Shown one piece after another: positions 39,474-48,707 of a stretch of DNA of 64,000 nt. Both the position numbers and the translations under genes were made by a program. The notes beneath the pieces were generated by a model. The model was not told where the DNA came from. It did not search any database and saw nothing but the letters and a program-made list of their open reading frames with translations. The stretch spans positions 8,139-72,138 of the forward strand of contig JBBQJD010000004.1 in the NCBI GenBank assembly GCA_038325595.1. Direction: 5' to 3'. The stretch comes from Bacteroidales bacterium. Its GTDB lineage: Bacteria; Bacteroidota; Bacteroidia; Bacteroidales; VadinHA17. Numbering within the stretch: the first letter of the stretch is position 1; every line of letters starts with the position of its first letter.

Positions 39474-39980
39474 TCATCTGACATAATCCTTCAAAATCAG
39501 CATAAGTTTCTGGCGTGTAAAGAAAATCCTGCTTTTAACCGTCCCGATTTTCAGCCCGAGCTCTTCAGCAATTTCTTTATATTTATAACCAGCAACATGC
39601 ATCCTGAATGGAACACGGAAATCATCACTCAATGAGTCAATAGCCTTTTCAATTTCACCCTCCGAATAATTCGATTCAGGTGAAATGAAACCTTTATCAC
39701 CTGGCTGATTTATATAATAAAGGTCCTGTGTCCCATCTATTATTGTATTTTCCTTGACATTACGCCTGTAATTATTAATAAAGGTATTCTTCATGATTGT
39801 AAATACCCAGGCTTTGAGATTTGTGTAATCAACAAATTTATCCTTGTAAGTTATTGCTTTTAAATATGTGTCCTGAACAAGGTCCAGTGCTGTGTCCCGA
39901 TCAGATGTCAGGCTCATCGCAAAACGATGAAGATTTGTCTTCATGTCGATAAGATTCTTATTAAATTCTATTGATGTCAT
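39474..39980 (-). CDS. ECF-type RNA polymerase sigma factor
   Basis: Region 2 DLVQDTYLKA / NLKAWVFTIMKNTFIN and region 4 GYKYKEIAEELGLKIGTVKSRIF. ATG 39980. Confidence 0.93.
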   Translation of the reverse strand: MTSIEFNKNLIDMKTNLHRFAMSLTSDRDTALDLVQDTYLKAITYKDKFVDYTNLKAWVFTIMKNTFINNYRRNVKENTIIDGTQDLYYINQPGDKGFISPESNYSEGEIEKAIDSLSDDFRVPFRMHVAGYKYKEIAEELGLKIGTVKSRIFFTRQKLMLILKDYVR

Positions 39981-40234
39981 AGTCCTTGAATATTTAATTG
40001 TTGAAGCAAATATATACAGATAAATAAAGATATCCAAATCTTAATATCTTTTTATATTTTTTTTCGCCCTTCTTTATAATTAATTTCATATTGCAAATTT
40101 AAGCCTATACAATGAGAAGCGAATTAAGAATACATTAAGATTCTAAACTCATTCTAAATTAGAAATTAAGTATTTTTAATCTTCCCGTCGGGTTCATTTG
40201 TTCAACTTTAGTACTTTTGACAAAAAATCAGATT

Positions 40235-41047
40235 ATGGATTTTAATATCAGACTTCGTAACGGAAAGATATTGAGTGGTATAATTAAAAGTTCCGGTGAG
40301 GATCTTAAAGCTGTGGTTATTCTAGTGCATGGATTGGGAGAACATATTCAGAGGTATAACTCATGGGCTGATTTATTCAAATCAGAAAATATAGGATTTG
40401 CCGGAGTCGATCTGCCGGGTCATGGCAGATCTGAAGGAAAAAGAGGCCATATAAGTCCTTACTCCATTACATCTGAAATGCTTGATATCCTTATAAAGAG
40501 CTGTAATAAGACATTTCCTGGTACACCTGTCTATTTATACGGTCATAGCCTCGGTGGAACTATTGTTCTTGATTATCTGTTAAAAAAATCACCCAGGGTA
40601 AGGGGGGCAATAGTTACCTCCCCATTATTGCGTTTGGGTTTTGAACCTTCAAAAAGCAAGTTACAGCTTGCATCTGTGATGAAATATCTGATTCCGGCCC
40701 TTGTTCAGCCATCAGGATTGATACAGGATCATCTTTCCCATGACAAAAAAGTTGTGGAAAATTATAAGAATGACCCCCTTGTGCATGGCAGCATATCAGT
40801 AAGCCTGTTTCACGGGATGATGAGTTCAGCCAGATATTGTCTTGAGCATGCTTCAGAGCTTAAGGTCCCTGCTCTGCTGATCCATGGAGGTGATGATCTG
40901 ATCTGCTCACCTGAAGGAAGCAGGGAATTTGCATCAAAATCACAGAAAGTAAATTTTAGAATCTGGGACGGAGGATATCACGAATTACATAATGAATCTT
41001 TCAGAGAAGAGGTCTTCAGATATATAGTGAGCTGGATCAAAAGCTGA
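40235..41047 (+). CDS. Alpha/beta hydrolase (lysophospholipase / monoglyceride lipase family)
   Basis: VHGLGEH, DLPGHGRS, nucleophile motif GHSLG, HGGDD, YHELHNE. Confidence 0.9.
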   Translation: MDFNIRLRNGKILSGIIKSSGEDLKAVVILVHGLGEHIQRYNSWADLFKSENIGFAGVDLPGHGRSEGKRGHISPYSITSEMLDILIKSCNKTFPGTPVYLYGHSLGGTIVLDYLLKKSPRVRGAIVTSPLLRLGFEPSKSKLQLASVMKYLIPALVQPSGLIQDHLSHDKKVVENYKNDPLVHGSISVSLFHGMMSSARYCLEHASELKVPALLIHGGDDLICSPEGSREFASKSQKVNFRIWDGGYHELHNESFREEVFRYIVSWIKS

Positions 41048-41116
41048 TTAAAATTGTTTTAACTCTTGATCAGATGCACCTGAATAAGTTCATTCCGGGC
41101 GTTAATTGATAAAATT

Positions 41117-42109
41117 ATGGAATTCAGAACCAGAGTAATTATAAAGCCTTCCCAATTTAAAATCTCATACAGGGATCCTGTAATGTTCATAGGATCGTGC
41201 TTTGCGTCAGAAATTGGTTCACAGATGGAAATAGGGAAAATGCCTGTTATGATTAATCCTGCAGGAACTGTATTTAATCCTGTTTCTGTCTGCAATACAC
41301 TCGATTTGATTACATCAGACAGGGAAATTTCATTGGATGATCTGTATAATTATGAGGGAACATGGCTTAGCTTTAATCATTACACTGATTTTTCAGGCAG
41401 AGATTCTTCAAGGGTTCTTGAAAATATTAACAGAAAATCAAGGGAAGCCCTGAATTTCTTGAAAAAGGCACAGTTTCTTTTTATCACATTTGGAACCGCG
41501 AGGGTTTACCGTTGGAAGAAAACCGGAACAATAGTATCGAACTGCCATAAGATTCCTTCTGCAAATTTTGACAATGAGTTGCTCAATGTTGATAAAATTG
41601 TTTCATTATGGTCTGAGCAGCTTGACAAAATACATTCTCTTTTTCCTCAGCTGAAAATAATTTTTACTGTCAGTCCGGTGCGACATTGGAAAGATGGTTC
41701 GTACGGGAATCAGGTAAGTAAATCAGTGTTGTTCCTGTCCATCGACAAGCTGCTTCAGCACAGTATTACTCCTCAATATTTTCCTGCATATGAATTAGTC
41801 CTGGATGAGCTGCGTGATTACAGATTCTACGATGATGACATGCTTCATCCGTCCGGCGCTGCGATAAGTTATATCTGGGAAGTTTTTTCAGGCTGTTACC
41901 TTGAGAAAAGCACAATTGACACCTGGAATGAAGTTACTAAGATCAGTAAGGCACGAAATCACAGAATTAGTACTGATTATGAGTCTGACATAAAGAAATT
42001 TGCAGAACGGATGCTCTATCAGATATCTTTAATTGAAAACAAAAATTCTGAAATAAATCTGTCCGCAGAACGTGAGTATTTTAGTGGTCTTCTCAAGCAG
42101 GACGCTTGA
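41117..42109 (+). CDS. GSCFA domain-containing protein
   Basis: IGSCFA, ITFGTA, VSNCHK, TVSPVRH, YFPAYE...DELRDYRFY, HPS. Confidence 0.92.
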   Translation: MEFRTRVIIKPSQFKISYRDPVMFIGSCFASEIGSQMEIGKMPVMINPAGTVFNPVSVCNTLDLITSDREISLDDLYNYEGTWLSFNHYTDFSGRDSSRVLENINRKSREALNFLKKAQFLFITFGTARVYRWKKTGTIVSNCHKIPSANFDNELLNVDKIVSLWSEQLDKIHSLFPQLKIIFTVSPVRHWKDGSYGNQVSKSVLFLSIDKLLQHSITPQYFPAYELVLDELRDYRFYDDDMLHPSGAAISYIWEVFSGCYLEKSTIDTWNEVTKISKARNHRISTDYESDIKKFAERMLYQISLIENKNSEINLSAEREYFSGLLKQDA

Positions 42110-42173
42110 TTTGTTTGCTTATTATTGAACAATTGCTGTTATTTTTCTGTTTTGCCTGGATAAAAAATATTAG

Positions 42174-44567
42174 ATGAGGCGATTTCTTACCATTATATTT
42201 TTCCTGGCAATACCAGTCATAAATTCTGCAGCTCAGCAGAATTCAGGAGTAATCAAAGGAAGGGTTTATAATTCAAAAACAAATGAGGGAGTTCCTTTTG
42301 CAAGTATTGTTGTATGGGGCACAACCACAGGTGCAATGACAGATTTTGAAGGTAATTTTTTATTTACCGGACTTAAACCTGGCTTTGCAGAGCTGCGGGT
42401 TACCTCAATCGGGTTTAAACCATATATATCGGGAGCAGTTATGGTAACAAACAGCAACCAGGTTAATCTTGAAATACCACTCGAAGAAGCTGAGATCGAT
42501 ATCGGAGAGGTTGTTATTAAAGCATCTCCTTTCCGAAAAAAAATAGAGACCCCCATTTCAGTAAGAATTATAGGTATTGATGAAATTGAAAAAAATCCCG
42601 GCGGAAACCGTGATATCTCGAAGGTTATTCAATCCTTTCCGGGAGTGGCATCAACTCCCGCGTTCAGAAATGATGTAATTGTCAGGGGTGGGGGACCAAA
42701 TGAAAACAGATTCTATATAGATAATATAGAGATCCCTTACCTGAATCATTTTTCAACCCAGGGTGCATCGGGAGGGCCTGTGGGAATCATTAATGTTGAC
42801 TTTGTTCAGTCTGTGGATTTCATTTCAGGTGCGTTCCCGGCTTCCAAAGGAAATGCACTGAGCTCAATATTGAATTTCACCTTTGTTGACGGAAACAGTG
42901 ATAAGATGAAATACCGGGCTACCGTTGGAGCTTCAGATCTTGGCTTGACCATTGATGGACCTGCGGGCAGGAAAGGCACTCTGCTAATGTCAGTCAGAAG
43001 GTCATATCTGCAGTTCCTGTTCAGCGCTCTTGAACTTCCTTTTCTTCCGACTTATACCGATTTTCAGGTGAAGTATAAAATAAGGCTTGATACAAAAAAC
43101 GAATTAACAATTCTTGCATTGGGTGCAAAAGATGATTTCCGCCTTAATCTTAAGGCTGATGAAACTGATTTTCAACGGTATATACTTGATTATATACCTG
43201 TTCAGGAGCAATATAGCTATGTTACCGGTTTGGTATACAAGCATTACAGGGACAATGGTTTTGACACTTGGGTGCTGAGCCGTAATTACCTGAATAATTC
43301 ACAATACAAATTTCTCTCAAATATTAAAGCTGATTCAAACAGGATCTTTGATTATCTGTCAGGGGAGGGTGAAATAAAAGGGAGATATGAACGGACAATC
43401 ATCGGGGATAAGGGTTTAAAAGTGAATTTTGGTGCAGGGTACGAATATGCCCATTACAGAAATTCGACATACAGACGTATTTTCTATGAAGGAATGGAAA
43501 ATGAGATTAACTATGATGTCAATTTAAAGTTCAGTAAATTCAGCGTTTTCGGACAGTTAAGCAAAACATACCTTAACGAAAAGCTCAGCCTTTCCCTTGG
43601 AATACGCACTGATGCAAATTCATATTATTCAGGCATGGCAAATCCCCTGCAACAGCTCTCACCCAGGTTATCAGGCTCATATTCCCTTGGTGAGAAGCTT
43701 AGTCTTAACTTCAGTACCGGAAGATATTATCAGCTTCCTCCTTACACAGCTCTGGGCTTTTCAAACCTTAGCGGTACATTCATCAATAAACAAAATAAAA
43801 TCAGGTATATACAAGCAGATCACCTGGTTGCAGGATTTGAATTCGTTCCTTCAGAAAATACTCAGTTCACTCTTGAAGGATTTTACAAAAACTATGCACG
43901 TTATCCGTTTTCAGTACGAGACTCAGTTCCTCTTTCCAGCAAAAGTGCTGATTATGGCATTTTCGGGGACGAAGAGCTTATATCAATTTCCAGGGGAAGG
44001 GCTTACGGCTTCGAACTCCTTGGAAGATTAAAAGAATTCAGTAACACAAACCTTGTATTCTCCTACACATTTGTGAGGAGTGAGTTCCGTGCACCGGATT
44101 CACGTATAATCCCTTCCTCCTGGGATAATAAACATTTGCTGAATGTAACAGCCACGAGGAAACTGAAACGTAACTGGGATCTCGGAATAAAATGGAGGTT
44201 CGTTGGCGGGGCTCCTTATACTCCGTACGATCTTGAAAAATCTGCTTTTATTGCAGCCTGGGATCTTCAGGGACAGGGTTATCTTGATTATTCAAGATTT
44301 AATGAAGCCAGACTGAGGGCATTTCATCAGCTTGACCTCAGGCTGGATAAGCAATACTATTTTGTAAGCTGGTCACTGATGTTATATGCAGATGTTCAAA
44401 ATGTATATAACCATAAAGCTGACCAGCCTTCATTGCTGGTGCGACAAACTGACAGTAACGGAATTCCGGAAACGGATCCCGCAAATCCTTTAAAATATAA
44501 TCTTAAATACCTTGATAATGAGGCTGGTACTGTACTGCCGACAATAGGAATTATTATTGAATTTTAA
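42174..44567 (+). CDS. TonB-dependent receptor
   Basis: Signal peptide, carboxypeptidase-regulatory-like N-domain, plug motif VRGGGPNEN, beta-barrel-like region and C-terminal Phe. Confidence 0.9.
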   Translation: MRRFLTIIFFLAIPVINSAAQQNSGVIKGRVYNSKTNEGVPFASIVVWGTTTGAMTDFEGNFLFTGLKPGFAELRVTSIGFKPYISGAVMVTNSNQVNLEIPLEEAEIDIGEVVIKASPFRKKIETPISVRIIGIDEIEKNPGGNRDISKVIQSFPGVASTPAFRNDVIVRGGGPNENRFYIDNIEIPYLNHFSTQGASGGPVGIINVDFVQSVDFISGAFPASKGNALSSILNFTFVDGNSDKMKYRATVGASDLGLTIDGPAGRKGTLLMSVRRSYLQFLFSALELPFLPTYTDFQVKYKIRLDTKNELTILALGAKDDFRLNLKADETDFQRYILDYIPVQEQYSYVTGLVYKHYRDNGFDTWVLSRNYLNNSQYKFLSNIKADSNRIFDYLSGEGEIKGRYERTIIGDKGLKVNFGAGYEYAHYRNSTYRRIFYEGMENEINYDVNLKFSKFSVFGQLSKTYLNEKLSLSLGIRTDANSYYSGMANPLQQLSPRLSGSYSLGEKLSLNFSTGRYYQLPPYTALGFSNLSGTFINKQNKIRYIQADHLVAGFEFVPSENTQFTLEGFYKNYARYPFSVRDSVPLSSKSADYGIFGDEELISISRGRAYGFELLGRLKEFSNTNLVFSYTFVRSEFRAPDSRIIPSSWDNKHLLNVTATRKLKRNWDLGIKWRFVGGAPYTPYDLEKSAFIAAWDLQGQGYLDYSRFNEARLRAFHQLDLRLDKQYYFVSWSLMLYADVQNVYNHKADQPSLLVRQTDSNGIPETDPANPLKYNLKYLDNEAGTVLPTIGIIIEF

Positions 44568-44580
44568 GAAGTAAGATATT

Positions 44581-45480
44581 TCAATGCAGGGAATCAATAA
44601 TCTTGATAAAATGCCTTGGATCGCTGACTACAATCAGCGGATCATGTGTATGCGGTATATAACCTTCAGGAATATCGGTAAGAATGATCTTCCTGATCTT
44701 TAAGGATTTTCCTATTCCTGTAAAATATTCTGATTTCTTTTCCTCAAAATCAAAGGCATTTGTGTTTATGACCAGGTATTCAAAAGATTTGATTTTATGA
44801 ATCTCGGTTATCTCGGAGGATGGCAGAATGCCTCCTGTAAAGATCACATCAAATCCTCTTTTCCTCAATACATATTTATAAAAAAGGAAATTATTCTCAT
44901 TAAGATTATCTGTTGTGTTGATCATTGCTACAGATGATTTTTTCCTGGCTTTTGGAGCTTTGATCTGGTTATCCTCAAGAATGATAATCTGTTTGATTGT
45001 ATTTCTGACGAATTGTTCCTGGGCTCTGGACAGACTTCCTACCTGCCAGAGTATTCTGGCTTTTCCGAGAAGAGGGTACAAATAGTTACAATAGGTCTCT
45101 TCAATACCTTTTTTTTCAATAAACGGCAGAAGACTTTCCTTGAAAAGATTTTCGTTGAACCGTATGGCTGACATTAGAATTTTACCGGGTTGAAATTCCT
45201 GCGTCAGGGTTTCATGTTTACTGCTGGTGTCCATGACCTGCTGGGTAAGTTCATCCTCATCCAGCTTTGCAATTTTGGATATTTTAAGACCATTACGGTT
45301 CAGATAGGAAATATTGAGGATCTTCTTTAATTCTGCTTCGCTGTAAGTTCTTATATTTGAGTCAGTTCTCTCAGGTTCCAGAATTTTATACCTCTTCTCC
45401 CATATCCTTATCGTATGGGCTTTTATGCCTGAAAAATTTTCAAGGTCTTTAATTGAAAATACATTTACGCTGTCGTCCAT
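44581..45480 (-). CDS. MerR-family transcriptional regulator (CarH/LitR-like architecture)
   Basis: FSIKDLENFSGIKAHTIRIWEKRY..P.RT..NIRTY MerR HTH, followed by a four-helix and Rossmann-like region resembling a degenerate B12-binding module. Confidence 0.88.
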   Translation of the reverse strand: MDDSVNVFSIKDLENFSGIKAHTIRIWEKRYKILEPERTDSNIRTYSEAELKKILNISYLNRNGLKISKIAKLDEDELTQQVMDTSSKHETLTQEFQPGKILMSAIRFNENLFKESLLPFIEKKGIEETYCNYLYPLLGKARILWQVGSLSRAQEQFVRNTIKQIIILEDNQIKAPKARKKSSVAMINTTDNLNENNFLFYKYVLRKRGFDVIFTGGILPSSEITEIHKIKSFEYLVINTNAFDFEEKKSEYFTGIGKSLKIRKIILTDIPEGYIPHTHDPLIVVSDPRHFIKIIDSLH

Positions 45481-45648
45481 ATCAGTTGTTAAATAAGTTC
45501 AGGACAATATCAAAAGGATAAACAATCGTTAAACAGGAATGTTTAAAAGCAACTTTGCTCTAAGTTCATTTAACAATTTGATTTGAAATTATATTCAGGA
45601 TACAATAATCCTGGTTAATGAATTCTGGTTGACTTGAAGGTTAATGAA

Positions 45649-46020
45649 TTATTCAGATTCCTCCACCATAATTTTCTTTACAATTCTGGTGCCATCGCTG
45701 AAAAGTATGGTTACCAGATACATACCTCTCTTCTGGTTATCAAGGAATACTTTTATTTGCTGTTGCGGAGTATTATATTTTACCCTTAAGATATCCTGAC
45801 CTATTATATTGGTCACTTTAATATATGAGATGTCTCTGTCAGTTTTGATAGTAAAGTTATTTTCCCTGACAGGTACGGGATATATTGTCACATTCACATG
45901 AGTAGCAGTTCTTGTAACATCAGTTGCAGGAGGACCGGCCATAGCTTCCTCATTACCCTTCTGTGCCTGTAGAGTCAGTCCTGAAAATATAATAAGCAGA
46001 AAGAGTAAACCTTTCTTCAT
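45649..46020 (-). CDS. Small secreted protein consisting essentially of a T9SS type-A C-terminal sorting domain
   Basis: Signal peptide MKKGLLFLL...AQ, then IYPVPV, NIIGQ, GMYLV and KKIMVE. Confidence 0.8.
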   Translation of the reverse strand: MKKGLLFLLIIFSGLTLQAQKGNEEAMAGPPATDVTRTATHVNVTIYPVPVRENNFTIKTDRDISYIKVTNIIGQDILRVKYNTPQQQIKVFLDNQKRGMYLVTILFSDGTRIVKKIMVEESE

Positions 46021-46085
46021 ATGTAATCTTTAATAATGTCAATCAAAGTGCCTTCAAAAATTGTGCTAAAGTTAATCAAATGATT

Positions 46086-46859
46086 CTAAATAACCATATT
46101 TAAGAATGTTTTCGCTTTTTCAAGATCATCCGGAGTATCAATACCAAGACTCTCCCATTGAGTTAAAGCTGTTTTGATCGTGAAGCCATTCTCTATCCAT
46201 CTGTTTTGTTCAAGTGATTCTGCTATTTCAAGCGGACTTCGTTTCAGTTTTGTTATTTGTACAAGAGTTTCGGTACGGTAGGCATAAAGCCCTATATGCT
46301 TGAAATAGTGATGATTATCAGCCCATTTGTTTTTTTCAGCATCTCTGATAAAAGGTATTGCAGCCCTGCTGAAATAGATTGCATATCCTTTTTTGTTGAT
46401 AATAACTTTTGGCTGGTTAGGATTGAAAATGTCTTCACCTTTTTCGCACTGCCTTGCCAGTGTTGCTATTTTAACCTCATCCTGTTCAAAGCAATTCATC
46501 AGAAGTTTTATCTGTTCTGGTTTTATAAAAGGCTCATCACCCTGGATATTTACGACTACATCGATTTTTTTGCCTGTCTCCTCTTTTATTTTAATAATTG
46601 CCTCTGCGCAGCGGTCAGTGCCACTCATATGATCTGAGCGGGTCATAACAGCTTTTCCTCCGAAAGTCTTTACTGCATCATAAATTCTGATGTCGTCGGT
46701 AGCAACATAGGTCATATCAAGTGATCCGGAAGCCTGCTCGTAAACTCTCCGGATCATCATTTTATCTCCTATCATTGCCAGAGGTTTACCCGGGAAACGT
46801 GTTGATGCATATCTGGCAGGTATGATCCCTGCAAATCTGATCTGTTGATCTTTCTCCAT
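46086..46859 (-). CDS. kdsB: 3-deoxy-manno-octulosonate cytidylyltransferase
   Basis: IPARYASTRFPGKPL, SGTDR, NIQGDEP, YFSR, HIGLYAY, ESLEQNR. Confidence 0.96.
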   Translation of the reverse strand: MEKDQQIRFAGIIPARYASTRFPGKPLAMIGDKMMIRRVYEQASGSLDMTYVATDDIRIYDAVKTFGGKAVMTRSDHMSGTDRCAEAIIKIKEETGKKIDVVVNIQGDEPFIKPEQIKLLMNCFEQDEVKIATLARQCEKGEDIFNPNQPKVIINKKGYAIYFSRAAIPFIRDAEKNKWADNHHYFKHIGLYAYRTETLVQITKLKRSPLEIAESLEQNRWIENGFTIKTALTQWESLGIDTPDDLEKAKTFLNMVI

Positions 46860-46933
46860 ATTGCGAATTTACTAAAATTGAACTTTCCAATGATTTAAAA
46901 AAAGGTTAAATTCGCAGATTGTAAAAAAAGATA

Positions 46934-48178
46934 ATGAGAGATCTCCAGAATATTAAGCAAAGATTCGGAATAATAGGTAATTATGAAGGCCTTAACAGGG
47001 CTATAGATATCGCTTACCAGGTTTCTCCGACTGATCTTTCAGTGCTTATTACCGGCGAAAGCGGAACCGGTAAAGAGATTTTTCCGCAGGTTATTCATAA
47101 TTACAGTACCCGCAAGCATGGCCAGTATATTGCGGTAAATTGTGGCGCAATACCGGAAGGGACAATTGATTCAGAACTGTTCGGGCATGAAAAAGGATCA
47201 TTCACCGGAGCGACCGATAGCAGGAAGGGATATTTTGAAGTTGCTGACGGGGGAACAATCTTCCTTGATGAAGTAGCTGAATTGCCACTGTCAACACAGG
47301 TACGGCTTTTGAGGGTATTGGAAACCGGTGAATTCATAAGGGTAGGATCCTCGAAAGTGATGAAGACGAACGTGCGTGTTATTGCTGCCAGCAATATTGA
47401 CGTGCCCCGTTCAATTGAAAAAGGGAACTTCAGGGAGGACCTGTTCTACAGGCTTAATACGGTGCCGATAAAAGTGCCGCCTTTAAGGGAAAGAGGAGAA
47501 GATATTTTTCTTCTTTTCAGGAAGTTCGCGGTTGATTTTGCCGAGAAGTACCGGATGCCTGCAATCAGGCTCGATCAGGAAGCAAAAGACCTGTTGCTTG
47601 ATTATTCCTGGCCCGGAAATGTCAGGCAATTAAAAAACATTACTGAACAAATCTCTATAATTGAATCTGAACGTGAGATAGTTGCATCGACATTAAGAAA
47701 TTATCTTCCTGATTACAGAGGAACCCAGCTGCCTGCAATTATTAAGCACGATGATGACAAAGCATTTTCTTCCGACAGGGAGATTTTGTATAAGATACTT
47801 TTCGATATGAAAAGTGATATGAATGATCTTAAAAAGCTTGTCTTTGATCTCATCAGGCGTGGTGATTTCGATGTGAGCCTGCATGAATCGAAAACCAGGG
47901 CAATTAAGAACCTTTACAGGGAAGCGCGTGGCGAAGATGATAATCCGGATGACTCAGACCAGGCTACAGATGATTTTACAGATCACCAGAAGCCTCGCGG
48001 CAGAATTGAAGACACTGAGGAGATAGTTGAGGAATCACTTTCTCTGGCAGATAAGGAAGTTGAAATGATAAAGAAGGCACTTGAAAAATTTAGTGGTAAA
48101 AGAAAGCTTGCAGCCCGAGAACTGGGCATCTCAGAGCGCACCCTTTACAGAAAGATTAAAGAATATGGAATGGAATAA
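46934..48178 (+). CDS. Sigma54-dependent enhancer-binding protein (AAA+ and Fis HTH, no N-terminal sensor domain)
   Basis: GESGTGKE, SELFGHEKGSFTGA, FLDEV, FREDLFYRLN, WPGNVRQL, ARELGISERTLYRK. Confidence 0.93.
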   Translation: MRDLQNIKQRFGIIGNYEGLNRAIDIAYQVSPTDLSVLITGESGTGKEIFPQVIHNYSTRKHGQYIAVNCGAIPEGTIDSELFGHEKGSFTGATDSRKGYFEVADGGTIFLDEVAELPLSTQVRLLRVLETGEFIRVGSSKVMKTNVRVIAASNIDVPRSIEKGNFREDLFYRLNTVPIKVPPLRERGEDIFLLFRKFAVDFAEKYRMPAIRLDQEAKDLLLDYSWPGNVRQLKNITEQISIIESEREIVASTLRNYLPDYRGTQLPAIIKHDDDKAFSSDREILYKILFDMKSDMNDLKKLVFDLIRRGDFDVSLHESKTRAIKNLYREARGEDDNPDDSDQATDDFTDHQKPRGRIEDTEEIVEESLSLADKEVEMIKKALEKFSGKRKLAARELGISERTLYRKIKEYGME

Positions 48179-48704
48179 TAAAAAGAGAAGTTTTTCAATA
48201 GTTAATGGTTTCTTACTCTTAATGGTCATCAGTGCGGGAGCATTGCTGACAGGGTGCAAAGTAAACTACTCGTTCTCAGGAGCCAGCACCGAAGGACTGG
48301 GTACTGTGAGTATACAATATTTTCAGAACAGGGCTCCTCTTGTACAACCAGGCCTTAGCCAATCTTTGACCGATGCCCTTATTGATAAATGCAAGGCCCA
48401 GACAAACCTTAAATTTGTTAATGGAATTGGTGATGCAAATTTCGAAGGTGAAATATCGGATTATGCCACCAGACCGCTTACAGTTGGTGCTGATGCACAG
48501 GCAGCCATGAACCGGTTTACAATTTCAGTTAAAGTTAAATACACAAATGCAATTAATCCGGATTTAAGCTTTGAGCAGACCTTCTCAAGATATGAGGATT
48601 ATAACAGCAGCCTCAATTTAAGCGATGTTGAAGATGAATTGTCAGAGAGAATAGTGGAAATGGTTGTGGAAGATGTCTTTAACCAGGCATTTGTCAACTG
48701 GTAA
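48165..48704 (+). CDS. lptE: LptE-family lipoprotein
   Basis: Lipobox LLTGC, YSFSGAS, FQNRA, C-terminal DVFNQAFVNW. Conserved position after the sigma54 activator. Confidence 0.8.
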   Translation: MEWNNKKRSFSIVNGFLLLMVISAGALLTGCKVNYSFSGASTEGLGTVSIQYFQNRAPLVQPGLSQSLTDALIDKCKAQTNLKFVNGIGDANFEGEISDYATRPLTVGADAQAAMNRFTISVKVKYTNAINPDLSFEQTFSRYEDYNSSLNLSDVEDELSERIVEMVVEDVFNQAFVNW

Positions 48705-48707
48705 ATC

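Noticed and set aside
43597-44031. 144-aa same-strand alternative-frame ORF inside the TonB receptor
   Set aside because: The main frame is intact, there is no frameshift signal, and the translation has no recognisable features.
46053-46069. Minus-strand TTAGCACAATTTTTGAA resembling the sigma54 element, upstream of the CTD-only gene
   Set aside because: It lacks both the invariant GG at -24 and GC at -12, and overlaps a TAACTTTA housekeeping-like element.
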